This document shows positions 39,272 through 49,433 of a DNA stretch of 64,000 nucleotides, in pieces. The notes below the pieces were generated by a model that saw only the letters and a list, made by a program, of their open reading frames with translations, was not told the origin of the DNA and did no database searches. The stretch comes from Thermoplasmatota archaeon (GTDB lineage: Archaea > Thermoplasmatota > E2 > JACPAO01 > JAHFTW01). Location of the stretch: the NCBI GenBank assembly GCA_041601615.1, contig JBFIHX010000002.1, positions 64,001 to 128,000 on the forward strand, written 5' to 3'. The translations under genes were made by a program, and so were the position numbers. Numbering within the stretch: the stretch's first letter is position 1; each line of letters begins with the position of its first letter.

Positions 39272-40348
39272 CTAGCTACAGACAACGCCAAGCTTTCCGG
39301 TCTTCGCAGCCTTCTGGATATCGTCCGCGATGCGCTTGCCGGTGCTAAGGCCAGGCCCAATCATTTCCGAGTACGCACTGCCTTGCACGAACGGATTCGT
39401 TCCGGCAACGATCCGCGCCGAGATTTCGAACACCTTGAACTCCAAGTCGGGTGTGACGATGGTTTCGAGGCAGAAAGGGCCCCAGAGGCCGCCGAAGCGC
39501 TTGTAGGACTCAATGACGACGCCTTCGCCCATTTGGAACACCTTGGGCAGCAAGGATTCACGAATCACCATCGGGATGTTGCCCGTGACCACGAATTGCG
39601 GGTCGATGCCGGCCTCTTGTAGTTCCTTGATGGAGCCGATGCGGTTCAGTTCGTCAATATTGGACTCGTCGCGGCGGTCGATGCTGAGCATCTGCAAGTT
39701 GCCGTGGGCGCCGTCGGGGCCCACGACTTGGAAGCCGTCGTTGTCGATGCGGCTGTGGAAGTAGTGCAAGTAGTAGCGCGTGCCCATGACGAACTCTTGG
39801 ATCGTGTGGGGCTCGCCTTCCTGGATTTGGCGCTTGTATTCGTGGTAGTTCTTCGCGATGAAGAACCCCTTGCCGCCCTTCGCGCCGTGGTACTTGACAA
39901 TGACCGGCTCGGTGATGTCACGGGGGTCCTCGACTTCCTTGGGCATCGTAATGCCGGCGGTTTCGAGCCATTCGCGTTCCTTGTCGCGGTCCGACTCGAA
40001 GTCCAGCACCATGCGGTTGCCGTACACGGGCACTTCGATGCTCGTGAAGTCCTTGGCACCCATGTACTCAATGAGGCTGCCGTGCGGGATGATGATCACG
40101 TTCTGCTTGCGCAGCTCCGGCGCCATCGCAATCAGTTCATGGTAGGAACCGAGGCGCAGGATGGAGTCCGGTTTGGCCTCCGGAAACGCATCGTAGTACC
40201 GAAGGTCGCGATCGCCTGCGATGATTGCCATCGTCCGGAAGCCCAATTTCTTGGCTCCGTGGAAAATCTGCAGGCTGCTGTGCGATGCCGCAGTGGCGAT
40301 GCACAGATCACTCGTGTCGTAACCAGCAAGCCAGTCTTCGACGCCCAT
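39272..40348 (-). CDS. purP: formate-dependent FAICAR synthetase (ATP-grasp)
   Basis: SHSSLQIFHGAK; IPHGS; GAKGGKG; DRRDESNID; RESLL; FEISARIVAGTN. Confidence 0.93.
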   Translation of the reverse strand: MGVEDWLAGYDTSDLCIATAASHSSLQIFHGAKKLGFRTMAIIAGDRDLRYYDAFPEAKPDSILRLGSYHELIAMAPELRKQNVIIIPHGSLIEYMGAKDFTSIEVPVYGNRMVLDFESDRDKEREWLETAGITMPKEVEDPRDITEPVIVKYHGAKGGKGFFIAKNYHEYKRQIQEGEPHTIQEFVMGTRYYLHYFHSRIDNDGFQVVGPDGAHGNLQMLSIDRRDESNIDELNRIGSIKELQEAGIDPQFVVTGNIPMVIRESLLPKVFQMGEGVVIESYKRFGGLWGPFCLETIVTPDLEFKVFEISARIVAGTNPFVQGSAYSEMIGPGLSTGKRIADDIQKAAKTGKLGVVCS

Positions 40349-40368
40349 GGCGCGGCGAGTCGCAAGCG

Positions 40369-41199
40369 CTATTTGATGGGTGCGGGGGGAATTTCGTGTG
40401 CCAGCTGTACCGCGGGGTCAAATTCGAACCGCCCCCGCGCCACATCCACGACGCGCCCGCCCACTTCCGGCCGTCCTTCGACTCCGGCGCGGATGTGCAA
40501 TCGCGAATTTCGCCCCATTTCGACGCCTTGGTGGATCACGCGCTCCTTGGCCAGTTCTCCGGCTCGGTGCAACCAAGCAGCCAGCGGACCCGCCGCCCCA
40601 CCGGTTGCTGCATCTTCGTGGATGCCGACGAAATCGGCAAAGAAGCGAGCGTGGATGTCGTGGTCGGAATCGGTGGCAAAGACGTAGAGGCCCGCGACTT
40701 TGGGGCCGGAGTAGGCGCGGGCGTCCAGATTGGCCACGCGCACGGCGTCGGAGTCGGCCACGCGCACGATGCCCACCGGGGTGCCGGTGGAGACGACTTG
40801 GGCCGCGAGCGGGCGCACGCCGAGGCTGGCTTCGAGTGTGTCAAGCGGGATGTCCTCGCCGAAGGTGGCAGCAGTTTGCGCCATCCACAGTAGGTCGCCC
40901 TTGCGGCGCACGAGGATGCGGCCGACGGTCAAGTCGAGGTCCACATCGCCCCCAAGAACGTGTGCGGTGCCCAGCGTCGGGTGCCCGGCAAACGGCAGTT
41001 CCGTCTGCGGGGTGAAGATGCGCACGGGCCAAGCGCCGTCGCGGGCCGGGCCGGTGACGAACGTGGTCTCGGAGTGGTTCGTCTCGTTGGCGATGCGTTG
41101 CATCATCTCGGAGGAGAGTTTGTCCGCGCCTAGAACGACCGTGAGCGGGTTGCCGGTGAGGTGGCCTTGCGCGAACACGTCGACGACGCGGTACTCCAT
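40369..41199 (-). CDS. PhzF-family epimerase/isomerase
   Basis: VDVF..GNPL; SETTF; ELPFAGHPT; EDAATG; QGVEMGR. Confidence 0.93.
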   Translation of the reverse strand: MEYRVVDVFAQGHLTGNPLTVVLGADKLSSEMMQRIANETNHSETTFVTGPARDGAWPVRIFTPQTELPFAGHPTLGTAHVLGGDVDLDLTVGRILVRRKGDLLWMAQTAATFGEDIPLDTLEASLGVRPLAAQVVSTGTPVGIVRVADSDAVRVANLDARAYSGPKVAGLYVFATDSDHDIHARFFADFVGIHEDAATGGAAGPLAAWLHRAGELAKERVIHQGVEMGRNSRLHIRAGVEGRPEVGGRVVDVARGRFEFDPAVQLAHEIPPAPIK

Positions 41200-41281
41200 G
41201 CGGGGGGCACGGCGGGTGGGTTGATGAGGGTGGGGCCGTCAATGGACGGGCCGGAACCTTCCTTTCCCAGTCCTTAGTCCC

Positions 41282-41836
41282 GTGCCCGTGGACAAAACCG
41301 CCCTCCGCGCCCACATCCGGGCCCTGCGCTCCGGCTTGAAGACCTTGGTGCGAGCGCAGGAGGAGGATCTTGTGAATGCGGCAATCGTCAGCGACGAGGA
41401 TTGGCACGGCGCGCAAACGGTGTTGGTGTACAAGGCGGTGGGCAGCGAATTGTCCGTGGTATCGGTGACGAACAATGCGTTTCGTGCGGGCAAGCGAGTC
41501 TGTTTTCCCCGCGTCGGCCCCGGGCGCAGCTTGAGTTTGCACGAGGTCCAAGATTGGTCCGAGTTGTCGCCGGGTGCTTATGGCATCCCGGAGCCGTCGG
41601 AAACCGCGCCTGTGGTTGCTCCGGCCATGGTGGATGTGGCCCTGGTTCCGGGAGTGGCGTTTACCCCCGACGGTCACCGGTTGGGCCAGGGCGCAGGGTT
41701 CTACGACATGCTGTTGCCAATGCTTGGCGGTGTCTCCTGGGGTGTTGGTTTCTCCTGTCAAATCGTAGACGAAGTGCCCCGGGAGGGCCACGATCGGCCG
41801 GTGGATCGCGTGGTCTGGCCCGGCGCCATATATTGA
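41282..41836 (+). CDS. 5-formyltetrahydrofolate cyclo-ligase
   Basis: YGIPEP; LVPGVAF; RLGQGAGFYD; HDRPVD. Confidence 0.93.
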   Translation: MPVDKTALRAHIRALRSGLKTLVRAQEEDLVNAAIVSDEDWHGAQTVLVYKAVGSELSVVSVTNNAFRAGKRVCFPRVGPGRSLSLHEVQDWSELSPGAYGIPEPSETAPVVAPAMVDVALVPGVAFTPDGHRLGQGAGFYDMLLPMLGGVSWGVGFSCQIVDEVPREGHDRPVDRVVWPGAIY

Positions 41837-41961
41837 TATGTTCGAGTCGTATTGAAATTGTCAACGTCTGTCGATGCGTTTGTGCTGGCTCTTCGCAGAT
41901 TGCCGTACCTGGGCCATGAAGGCTTATCTGCCGGGCCCTCTGAGCATGGCTTGATTGGCGC

Positions 41962-42093
41962 ATGAACTCCAAGAACCCCCTCCAAGAGTTGCTGCACCAG
42001 CAAGTCGGAATTGACTCGTTCGCGCTCGATGGCGACGATACGCAGATTGTCGAAGCCTGGAGCGAGCGACCTCGGCGCATCCTCCTGCACTAG
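41962..42093 (+). CDS. possible 43-aa microprotein
   Basis: MNSKNPLQELLHQQVGIDSFALDGDDTQIVEAWSERPRRILLH fills an otherwise empty gap. Confidence 0.25.
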   Translation: MNSKNPLQELLHQQVGIDSFALDGDDTQIVEAWSERPRRILLH

Positions 42094-42656
42094 CGGGCAT
42101 ACGTTCCCATCCATTGGGCCTCGGCAAGCACGTGTCCTTCGCGTGCCGCCTCGAAGGCCCGCCTGTCGCTGCCGGCAGCAAGTTGTAGCGTCGTATCGAG
42201 CGCGTACACAGTCAACACGTAGCGATGCGTCCCTCGGGGCGGACAGGGGCCACCGTAGTCGGCTCGGCCCCAGGTGTTGATGCCTACGGTTCCGAGTCCC
42301 GTTCCGTTCGTGCCCTCGGGCCACTCCATGACGTCGGGCGGAATGTCCCACACGAGCCAGTGTACCCAGGGTTCGTCGGGCGCATCCGGGTCGTCAAAAA
42401 TGGCCGCCAGCGAGGCAGCGCCCGAGGGAACGTCGTGGACCGTCCATGGCGGCGTTTGATCTTCGCCGTCGCAGGAATACCGTGCGGGAATCGATGCACC
42501 ATTGGGGTAGGCTGTGGAAGTGACTCGCATGAACGCCTCGGGCACGGGGGCACTTGGGTTGGTTCCGCCGTAGGGTGGGGCCCCGTCGGGATCTAGGCAG
42601 CCAACTAGGAGGACGCCGAGGAGGAAACCAAGCACGGAACCGGCCCCGCCGCGCAT
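42090..42656 (-). CDS. YbhB/YbcL (PEBP) family lipoprotein
   Basis: lipobox LLVGC; DPDAP; VHWLVWDIP; YGGPCPP; HRY. Confidence 0.92.
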   Translation of the reverse strand: MRGGAGSVLGFLLGVLLVGCLDPDGAPPYGGTNPSAPVPEAFMRVTSTAYPNGASIPARYSCDGEDQTPPWTVHDVPSGAASLAAIFDDPDAPDEPWVHWLVWDIPPDVMEWPEGTNGTGLGTVGINTWGRADYGGPCPPRGTHRYVLTVYALDTTLQLAAGSDRRAFEAAREGHVLAEAQWMGTYAR

Positions 42657-42779
42657 GGTTTGATGTTGTCTGCTAGGGCCTCAAAAGTTCTGCAAAGAAG
42701 AAGCGGGAAGAGCAAGGGGTGGTTTGGTGCGTTTCGTTCGTGTGGCGACCGCAGGGGGGGCGGGTGGGGTCGATTTCTG

Positions 42780-43442
42780 TCAGTATTCTACGGTGCCAAC
42801 GAGGCCTTGCTCGGCAACGATTTCACTGGCTTCGAGCGCGAAGGTCCATTCGCCGGGCGCGTAGCCTTGCAAGTCTTCGGTCATGAGGTGGAAGTACTGT
42901 GCTTCGGCGTCGTCCAGAGACAATACCACGTTGCCGGCGCCATCTCGTAGCTCTACATGCAGGCTACCCGAGAGGAGCCCGAAGGTCATTCCTTGGTAGT
43001 GCCAGTCCAGCTCGAACACTTCGAAGCCCTCGTACACATCCCAGGAGAAGGTGTAGCCGTCGTCCAAGAGTTGAAGGCCGTTGGTGCAGAAGTGCACGTC
43101 GTCGGGTTTTTCCTCGCTCGATTCGGGCTCGGCGGTCTCGTTCTGGTCGGCAGTACCGTTGTGGTAGTGGTGGTGATGGTAGTGCCCGGTTTCGTTGCCA
43201 TCGTCGGCTGGTTCAGGGTCCGGTTCGTCGGGCTCGGCTGTCTCGTTGTGGTCGGGTTCCCGGGTCTCGTTGCCGGCGGTTTCGTTGCCGTGCCCACGAC
43301 CGGAGCACACTTGGACGCCTTCGCCGCCGAGGCAATCGCTGGCGGGCGCGGTGGTGGGTTCGAAAAAATCACCGACGAGCGCCGCAGCGCCTCCGGCAAG
43401 TACCGTCGATAGGGACAGAAGAACAGAAAGTGTGGTGTTCAT
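42780..43442 (-). CDS. secreted His-rich, sequon-rich protein
   Basis: N-terminal hydrophobic segment; repeated NET sequons; HYHHHHYH. Confidence 0.7.
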   Translation of the reverse strand: MNTTLSVLLSLSTVLAGGAAALVGDFFEPTTAPASDCLGGEGVQVCSGRGHGNETAGNETREPDHNETAEPDEPDPEPADDGNETGHYHHHHYHNGTADQNETAEPESSEEKPDDVHFCTNGLQLLDDGYTFSWDVYEGFEVFELDWHYQGMTFGLLSGSLHVELRDGAGNVVLSLDDAEAQYFHLMTEDLQGYAPGEWTFALEASEIVAEQGLVGTVEY

Positions 43443-43566
43443 CGATACCAAAGCGGCGTTCTTGCCTACTTAAGCAGTATAGTTCCATCAAACGAATCAA
43501 CTAGACTTTGGGGCGCGCCGCGCCCGCTCCGAAACCTCCAACGCCCCGAGTCGCTGACCCGCTCTT

Positions 43567-43977
43567 GTGGCTCCCGACGAACGCCCCGCCAAGCTCCTGG
43601 CTCGCACTCCCGTGGAGGAGGCGCACCTCCAGCGGCTTCAGGAACTCTCATCCCACGCGCAAGCGGCTGCCGAGGCTGCAAACGTAGACCTGCAATACGA
43701 GTTTGGACCCGTTGTTGCATATATTGCCGGGTGCCAGCAGTTCTTGCGTCTGCACCGAGGCGGCGAAGCACCCGGGGCCGTCGAATTGATGCTACCGCCG
43801 GACGCGAAGGCCGCCCTCGAAGCGGCGGGATATGAGGCGCTTGAGCCCTTTGGCGCAGTGTTCAAAATGTTCGGATGGACCCGCGTGGAGCCGATGGCGG
43901 GCACCGCCGAAGCGCTGGATGCGGCCGTGGAGGCCGCCTTGGAGCATGCGCGCAGCAAGGGAAAGCCCAAGCTCTAA
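43567..43977 (+). CDS. hypothetical protein
   Basis: 136-aa ORF with genome-typical composition filling the gap. Confidence 0.55.
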   Translation: MAPDERPAKLLARTPVEEAHLQRLQELSSHAQAAAEAANVDLQYEFGPVVAYIAGCQQFLRLHRGGEAPGAVELMLPPDAKAALEAAGYEALEPFGAVFKMFGWTRVEPMAGTAEALDAAVEAALEHARSKGKPKL

Positions 43978-44114
43978 GCGGCAATGGCGAAGGGTCCAAT
44001 GCGGTCCGAATTGGACACAATAGCTAACGTGGAACCGTGGCGGCGCCGTCTTGAGGGGACCGCGTCGATGCGCACGCTGTGTGGGGGTTTGCACCCACGC
44101 AAGGAAAGAAATCC

Positions 44115-44351
44115 ATGAACAAGACCATCCTCATCAGCGCAATGCTCCTTCTGGCCGCAGTGGCCGTCGCCCCGACCGCCTCCGCCGTTGACCCCTGCAA
44201 GGCTTACGGTGCTTGTGTGGACGTTTCGGAAAGCGGCGTCACCGTGGGCGACTGCCAAACCATCGGTTGCGTTGGTGTATACTGGAGCAGCGGGCAAATC
44301 TGCTACGGCGTCAGCTACCAAGTGCCGCAGTGCACGCCGCCCATCTCGTAA
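44115..44351 (+). CDS. small secreted six-Cys peptide (paralog 1)
   Basis: signal peptide ending ASA; VDPCxAYGACV. Confidence 0.75.
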   Translation: MNKTILISAMLLLAAVAVAPTASAVDPCKAYGACVDVSESGVTVGDCQTIGCVGVYWSSGQICYGVSYQVPQCTPPIS

Positions 44352-44528
44352 ACGCAGAAGTGCGTATTCTTTTCCACTCTTCCCTATCCGCCTCGCTTGA
44401 ATTTCAAATGTCAACTCTGATGATTTTGATAGTGCGCCTTGGGTGCCTATGAAAATGTCCAAGTGCAGGGAGTCCAGTTGCATCATGGTGCGCCCCATCC
44501 GGGGCAGCGCAAACTCTCTGGTGAAACT

Positions 44529-44765
44529 ATGAACAAGACAACGATCCTCCTATCCGCCGGCCTCTTGCTGGCAGCAAGCCTCGCCATGGTCCCGGCCGCC
44601 AGCGCGGTTGATCCCTGCGATGCCTACGGTGCATGTGTCACCGTCACCGACAGCGGCGTCTTTGTCGGCGACTGCGACAAACTCGTCTGTGCGGGCGTAT
44701 GGAACTACGGCGGCGGCGGTTACTACTGCGTCGGCATCAGCTACCAAGCGCCCATGTGCACCTAA
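44529..44765 (+). CDS. small secreted six-Cys peptide (paralog 2)
   Basis: same signal type and Cys framework as 44115. Confidence 0.75.
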   Translation: MNKTTILLSAGLLLAASLAMVPAASAVDPCDAYGACVTVTDSGVFVGDCDKLVCAGVWNYGGGGYYCVGISYQAPMCT

Positions 44766-44829
44766 GCCACTTGGTCGCACGCACGACGAACGCGATCCTC
44801 CTCCCGCTTCATCCTCCTATTTGCACGCT

Positions 44830-47028
44830 CTATTTGGGACTCCAACCTCGCATCAAGAGACTGTTGCCCACGACGCTGACACTGCTAAACGCCATGGCGC
44901 CCGCCGCAATCATCGGATTCAGCAACCAGCCCGTCAAGGGGTACAAGGCCCCCATTGCAAGAGGAATCAGCAACACGTTGTAGCCGAACGCCCACACAAG
45001 GTTTTGACGAATTTTGCGCACCGTGTACGAAGACAACTGCATCGCAGTCACGGCACCGTTCAAGTCGCCGCGCACAAGCACAATGTCGCCCGTTTCTTTG
45101 GCCACATCCGTTCCCGTGCCCACCGCGATGCCCACATCCGCCTGTGCGAGGGCCGGCGCGTCGTTGATGCCATCGCCCACCATGGCAACCACTGAACCCG
45201 CCGCCTGCAACGCCTTGACGTGCTCGGATTTCTGTTCCGGGCGCACATTCGCCACCACTTCCGTGATGCCGACCTGAGCGGCCACCGTGCGTGCCGTCGC
45301 CTCGTTGTCGCCAGTCAAGAGCACCACGCGGGCACCCATTTTATGCAAGCGCTCCACCGCAGCAGCACTAGAAGGTTTCACAGGATCAGCCACGGCCACG
45401 AGGCCAACGACCACGCCATCGAAGGCAACGAACACTGTCGTGCGTGCCTGACGCTCCTGCGATTCGAGTTTCGATTCCCAGTCGCCAAGCGCCACGCCTC
45501 GCGCAGCCATGAGTGCCCGGTTCCCCACAAGGACATCCACGCCATCTGAAGTCCCCGCAACACCCTGGCCTGCAATCGACTCGAATCCTTGGACCTTGGG
45601 CATTTGGATGCCGCGAGCCTTCGCGCCCTTGACAATGGCGTCGGCCACCGGGTGCTCGCTCTGGGATTCGACAGCAGCCACAAGCGCCAGCATCCAATCC
45701 TCGTGGGTGCCCTCGGCAGCCTCCACGGCCACCAGTTTCGGGCGCCCTTCGGTTACGGTGCCCGTTTTGTCCAGCACCACCACATCCACGTCTCGGACCC
45801 GCTCCAGTGCCTCGCCGCCCTTGATGAGAATGCCGCGAGCAGCACCCAGCCCCGTGCCCATCATGATCGCCGTGGGAGTCGCAAGCCCCATCGCGCACGG
45901 ACACGCAATGACCAGAACGCTCACCGTGATGAGGGCAGCAAACACCGTCACGGTCTGGCTTGAGGGCAACCCGTACAGGTCTGCGCCAAGGGCCGCCCAG
46001 AAGATGCCTGCGGCCACCGCCAGGATGAGCACGGTCGGCACAAACACGGAACTGACGCGATCCGCGATGCGTTGCAACGGCGCCTTGCGTTCGTTGGCTT
46101 CCTGCACCAACTTCACGATCTGTGCCAAGAGCGTGTCGTCACCAATGCGTGTTGCCTCGATGGCCAACGCCCCACCGTGCACGAGCGTGGCACCCACCAC
46201 GTCGTCGCCGGCGCCCTTGGCAGCGGGAATCGGTTCGCCCGTCACCATGGACTCATCCACATGCGCCGACCCATACACCACGCGCCCGTCCACGGGCACC
46301 TTCTCGCCCGGTTTCACGAGCAACTGGTCGCCAACTTCGACCATTTCGATGGCCACTTCCTCCTCTTCGCCATCGGATCGAATCCGGCGAGCCGTCGGAG
46401 GCGCAAGATCCATGAGTGCGTGGATCGCGGACCGAGCACTGCGCTTGGCACGCGCCTCCAGCGTCTTTCCAAGACTGATGAGCGTGATGATGACCGCGGC
46501 GGTCTCAAAGTAGGTGGCGTGCGCCATGGCGCCCTGGACCACAAGCACTGCACTCAGACCATAGGCAGCGCTCGATCCAAGCGCTACGAGCGTGTCCATG
46601 GTCGCCGCACGGTTGCGAAGGGCCCGCCACGCACCCTTGTAGAACACGAGGCCCGCCCCGAATTGGACCGGTGTTGCAAGCGCCCAAACAATCCAACCAT
46701 CAAACGGAAGCATCGCGCCGCCAAGCGGCAAGTAGAGCATCGTGTACACCAAGATGGGCAGCGTCAGGATTCCGGCCATGAGCGTTCGCCGCTGCCAGGA
46801 GTGCGCCTCGTCCTCCACATCGTCCGTTGCAACAGCGTACCCCGCTGCCTCCACGGCCCGGCGCAGATCCGCCTCCGCCACCACGCCTTCGCTCTGTACC
46901 AAGGCTCGTTCCGTAGCCAAACTGACAGCCACTTTCGTGACGCCCGGAACTTGTTCAAGCGCGTGCTGCACATGCCCGACGCAATTGGCACAGGTCATGC
47001 CGGAGATGGGCAAACGGATTTCTTCCAC
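44830..47028 (-). CDS. copA: Cu(I)-translocating P1B ATPase
   Basis: GMTCANC; TGE; CPC; DKTGT; SEHP; GDGIND; YN and MAFSS. Confidence 0.96.
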   Translation of the reverse strand: MEEIRLPISGMTCANCVGHVQHALEQVPGVTKVAVSLATERALVQSEGVVAEADLRRAVEAAGYAVATDDVEDEAHSWQRRTLMAGILTLPILVYTMLYLPLGGAMLPFDGWIVWALATPVQFGAGLVFYKGAWRALRNRAATMDTLVALGSSAAYGLSAVLVVQGAMAHATYFETAAVIITLISLGKTLEARAKRSARSAIHALMDLAPPTARRIRSDGEEEEVAIEMVEVGDQLLVKPGEKVPVDGRVVYGSAHVDESMVTGEPIPAAKGAGDDVVGATLVHGGALAIEATRIGDDTLLAQIVKLVQEANERKAPLQRIADRVSSVFVPTVLILAVAAGIFWAALGADLYGLPSSQTVTVFAALITVSVLVIACPCAMGLATPTAIMMGTGLGAARGILIKGGEALERVRDVDVVVLDKTGTVTEGRPKLVAVEAAEGTHEDWMLALVAAVESQSEHPVADAIVKGAKARGIQMPKVQGFESIAGQGVAGTSDGVDVLVGNRALMAARGVALGDWESKLESQERQARTTVFVAFDGVVVGLVAVADPVKPSSAAAVERLHKMGARVVLLTGDNEATARTVAAQVGITEVVANVRPEQKSEHVKALQAAGSVVAMVGDGINDAPALAQADVGIAVGTGTDVAKETGDIVLVRGDLNGAVTAMQLSSYTVRKIRQNLVWAFGYNVLLIPLAMGALYPLTGWLLNPMIAAGAMAFSSVSVVGNSLLMRGWSPK

Positions 47029-47091
47029 GAACCAACATAGGCCGGGGGGTTTTGACCACCTTGCGCTTTGCAACTGAAAAGGCGTCCGCCG

Positions 47092-47685
47092 CTATACCTG
47101 GATGAGGCCCAAGGCCACGAGGGCCAACAACCCCGAGAAAACCGCCAGCAACGCCGCCGACACCATCGCCACCACCGGAGCAAACCACTTCCAGCGCGAC
47201 GCGCCATGGGCCATCAAAAACGAAAACACGACGACCCAGCCAAAAATGCCTGCCACGAGCCCGCCGACACCGGGGAGGCCCTGCACCTGCAAGAACACAA
47301 AGCCGCCCGAAAGCCACCACGCCACCTGGTACGGATTGGTGAGTGCCGCTGCCAATCCAGCAACAAACGTCGCCGGCTGATCCGATGCCTTGGCGCCCGC
47401 GCGGCCATTCCACGTCTGGATCGCAAAGTACGCCATCAACAGTGCGCCCAATGCCGCAGCCGACCGAATCACGACCGGGCGATCCAGCAAATCACCCAAG
47501 CCAAACAACAGCACCGCGAGGTAGATCACGTCCGCCACGGGCGCCCCCATGCCCACTCGGATTCCCGCCCACGCCCCATGCCGACTGCTTTCCCGAGCAA
47601 TCAACGCATTCATCGGGCCCGGCGGCGCCGCGAGGCTCAAACCCAGTCCCAACCCCAGCAAAACCGCGACAATCAAGCTTGCCAA
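47092..47685 (-). CDS. LysE-family translocator
   Basis: PPGPMN; G..VAD; LTNP..WW. Confidence 0.88.
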   Translation of the reverse strand: MASLIVAVLLGLGLGLSLAAPPGPMNALIARESSRHGAWAGIRVGMGAPVADVIYLAVLLFGLGDLLDRPVVIRSAAALGALLMAYFAIQTWNGRAGAKASDQPATFVAGLAAALTNPYQVAWWLSGGFVFLQVQGLPGVGGLVAGIFGWVVVFSFLMAHGASRWKWFAPVVAMVSAALLAVFSGLLALVALGLIQV

Positions 47686-47739
47686 ACACCCAACCTCCTG
47701 GTTTCGTAGACTTCAAGAGTCGCCAACGATATTCGGCCG

Positions 47740-47946
47740 ATGATGCGAACCGCCCTCGCCCTCGCGCTATGTGCCCTGCTCATTGCCCCCGTCGCCGCCG
47801 CCGGCCCACCCGACGTAGTCGGCACCGTCATGGACGCCTGGGAGGATCGCAGCCACTGCTTTTTGATCCTCACCCAACCGTACGAGAACCCCGTCGACGC
47901 CGCGCTGGGCATCGCCAAAGTCGCCATCTGCCTTGCGACCTCCTAG
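47740..47946 (+). CDS. small secreted hypothetical protein
   Basis: signal peptide ending AAA; two Cys in mature part. Confidence 0.5.
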   Translation: MMRTALALALCALLIAPVAAAGPPDVVGTVMDAWEDRSHCFLILTQPYENPVDAALGIAKVAICLATS

Positions 47947-48500
47947 TAATCGTAGTCGCGATCGTCGGCCTCTTCCAGCTCCACCCCAAGGCCCTGCACC
48001 ATGCGATTGACGTAGTTGAAGTACGACACAACTTCCGTCGCATGCAGAATCGAATCGTCCTCGAAACCAGCAGCGCGCAGCGCATCGACCGCCTCCTTGC
48101 GCCCCTTGGTCGGATCCCGGGTTAGGCCAATGGCGTAATCGGCAAGCGCCCGCTCCTGCACATCCAAAGAGAACGTCTCCGGCTCCGCTGCAAGCGCCTG
48201 GACCCACGCGGCATCCTTGACGTACTTGTTGAGCGCCTCACCGTGGTGCACCACGCAATACGCACAGTCATTGACCGCACTCACCACGACCGCCAACAAC
48301 TCGCGCTGCCGCCGGCTCAACGGCCCCTTGCCAAACACCGTGTCCATGTACAAGTCCAGATGCGTCCGCAATCCCTTCGGGCGCAAACTCTGAATGCGCA
48401 GCACATTGGCCACGCGGCCTCGCGTGCGTTGGATCTCGTCGTAGACCTTGAACAAATCCCCCTCAGCTTCGTCCTCGGAGATGATACGGATGTACGGCAT
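47943..48500 (-). CDS. peroxidase-related AhpD/CMD-family protein
   Basis: RELLAVVVSAVNDCAYCVVHH; FNYVNR. Confidence 0.92.
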   Translation of the reverse strand: MPYIRIISEDEAEGDLFKVYDEIQRTRGRVANVLRIQSLRPKGLRTHLDLYMDTVFGKGPLSRRQRELLAVVVSAVNDCAYCVVHHGEALNKYVKDAAWVQALAAEPETFSLDVQERALADYAIGLTRDPTKGRKEAVDALRAAGFEDDSILHATEVVSYFNYVNRMVQGLGVELEEADDRDYDY

Positions 48501-48527
48501 GGCGCAGGCGACGGACAGCCCCCCCGG

Positions 48528-49283
48528 TTAAGTGGCTTGGGTGCCGGCCGAACTGGACGAAAAGGACTCCGCCAGAGAAATCGGGAGCTGCACCCGAAAC
48601 ACCGTCCCAGGCGACCCCTCATGCACAGCGATGCGCCCGCCCTGCGCATGCACAATGCCCTGCACAAGAGACAAACCCAAGCCGTGCCCGCCCTCGCCCT
48701 GGCCCTCAAACGGCTGAAACAGATTCTCTCGAATCGCAGCATCAATACCCGCGCCCTCGTCCCCCACCGCCAAACATAGCCCCGAATCGTCCACATTCAC
48801 CCGCACTTCGACACGACCCCCATCCGGGCTGTGGCGCAACGCATTGCCAAGCAAATTGAACAACACCTCCCGAAACCGCGTCGAATCCAACACCACCACA
48901 ACCCCCTTCGGCCGCACGCGAGCATCCAAGTAAATGCCCCGGGCGTCCGCGTCCGGTCGCAGCAGCGCCACCACCTCCTCCATCGCATCTTCCGGCCGAA
49001 ACGGGCGAGGCCGAAGCCGTAGCGTCCCCGTCTCAATCGCAGCAAAATCCAGAAACTCCGCAGTCAGACACTCAAGATGCGACACATTGCGACGCACCAA
49101 ATCCACCACAGCCCGCTGGCGAGGATTCAACGGCCCCAAGGACCCATCCGCCATCAACCCCATCAGGCCACGAATGCCGCCAAGCGGAGTCTGCAGCTCA
49201 TGCGCAAGAAACGCCAGATTCCTTTCTGCAGGGCCCAACGCATCCTCTGTTTGCTTCGGTGTCTTGACAGATCTGCTGATCAT
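48528..49283 (-). CDS. histidine kinase without sensor domain
   Basis: AHELQTPL; NLLGNALRHS; DEGAGI; LFQPF; GLGLSLV. Confidence 0.9.
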   Translation of the reverse strand: MISRSVKTPKQTEDALGPAERNLAFLAHELQTPLGGIRGLMGLMADGSLGPLNPRQRAVVDLVRRNVSHLECLTAEFLDFAAIETGTLRLRPRPFRPEDAMEEVVALLRPDADARGIYLDARVRPKGVVVVLDSTRFREVLFNLLGNALRHSPDGGRVEVRVNVDDSGLCLAVGDEGAGIDAAIRENLFQPFEGQGEGGHGLGLSLVQGIVHAQGGRIAVHEGSPGTVFRVQLPISLAESFSSSSAGTQAT

Positions 49284-49433
49284 GAATGCCTCCCTGCACC
49301 CACTGGCCCAAGCATACTCTACGCCTCAGGCCTTAGGTACTTTTGGCAGCAAAGCACCGAACCCCATTGCGCAGGAACGTTCAAGGAACCGACCAGTCGG
49401 CTTTTCAGGCCGGCGCCGGATGGGCTCGATACG

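Noticed and set aside
40369-41199. Phenazine biosynthesis inferred from PhzF
   Set aside because: Lone PhzF-family genes are widespread, and no other phz genes are present
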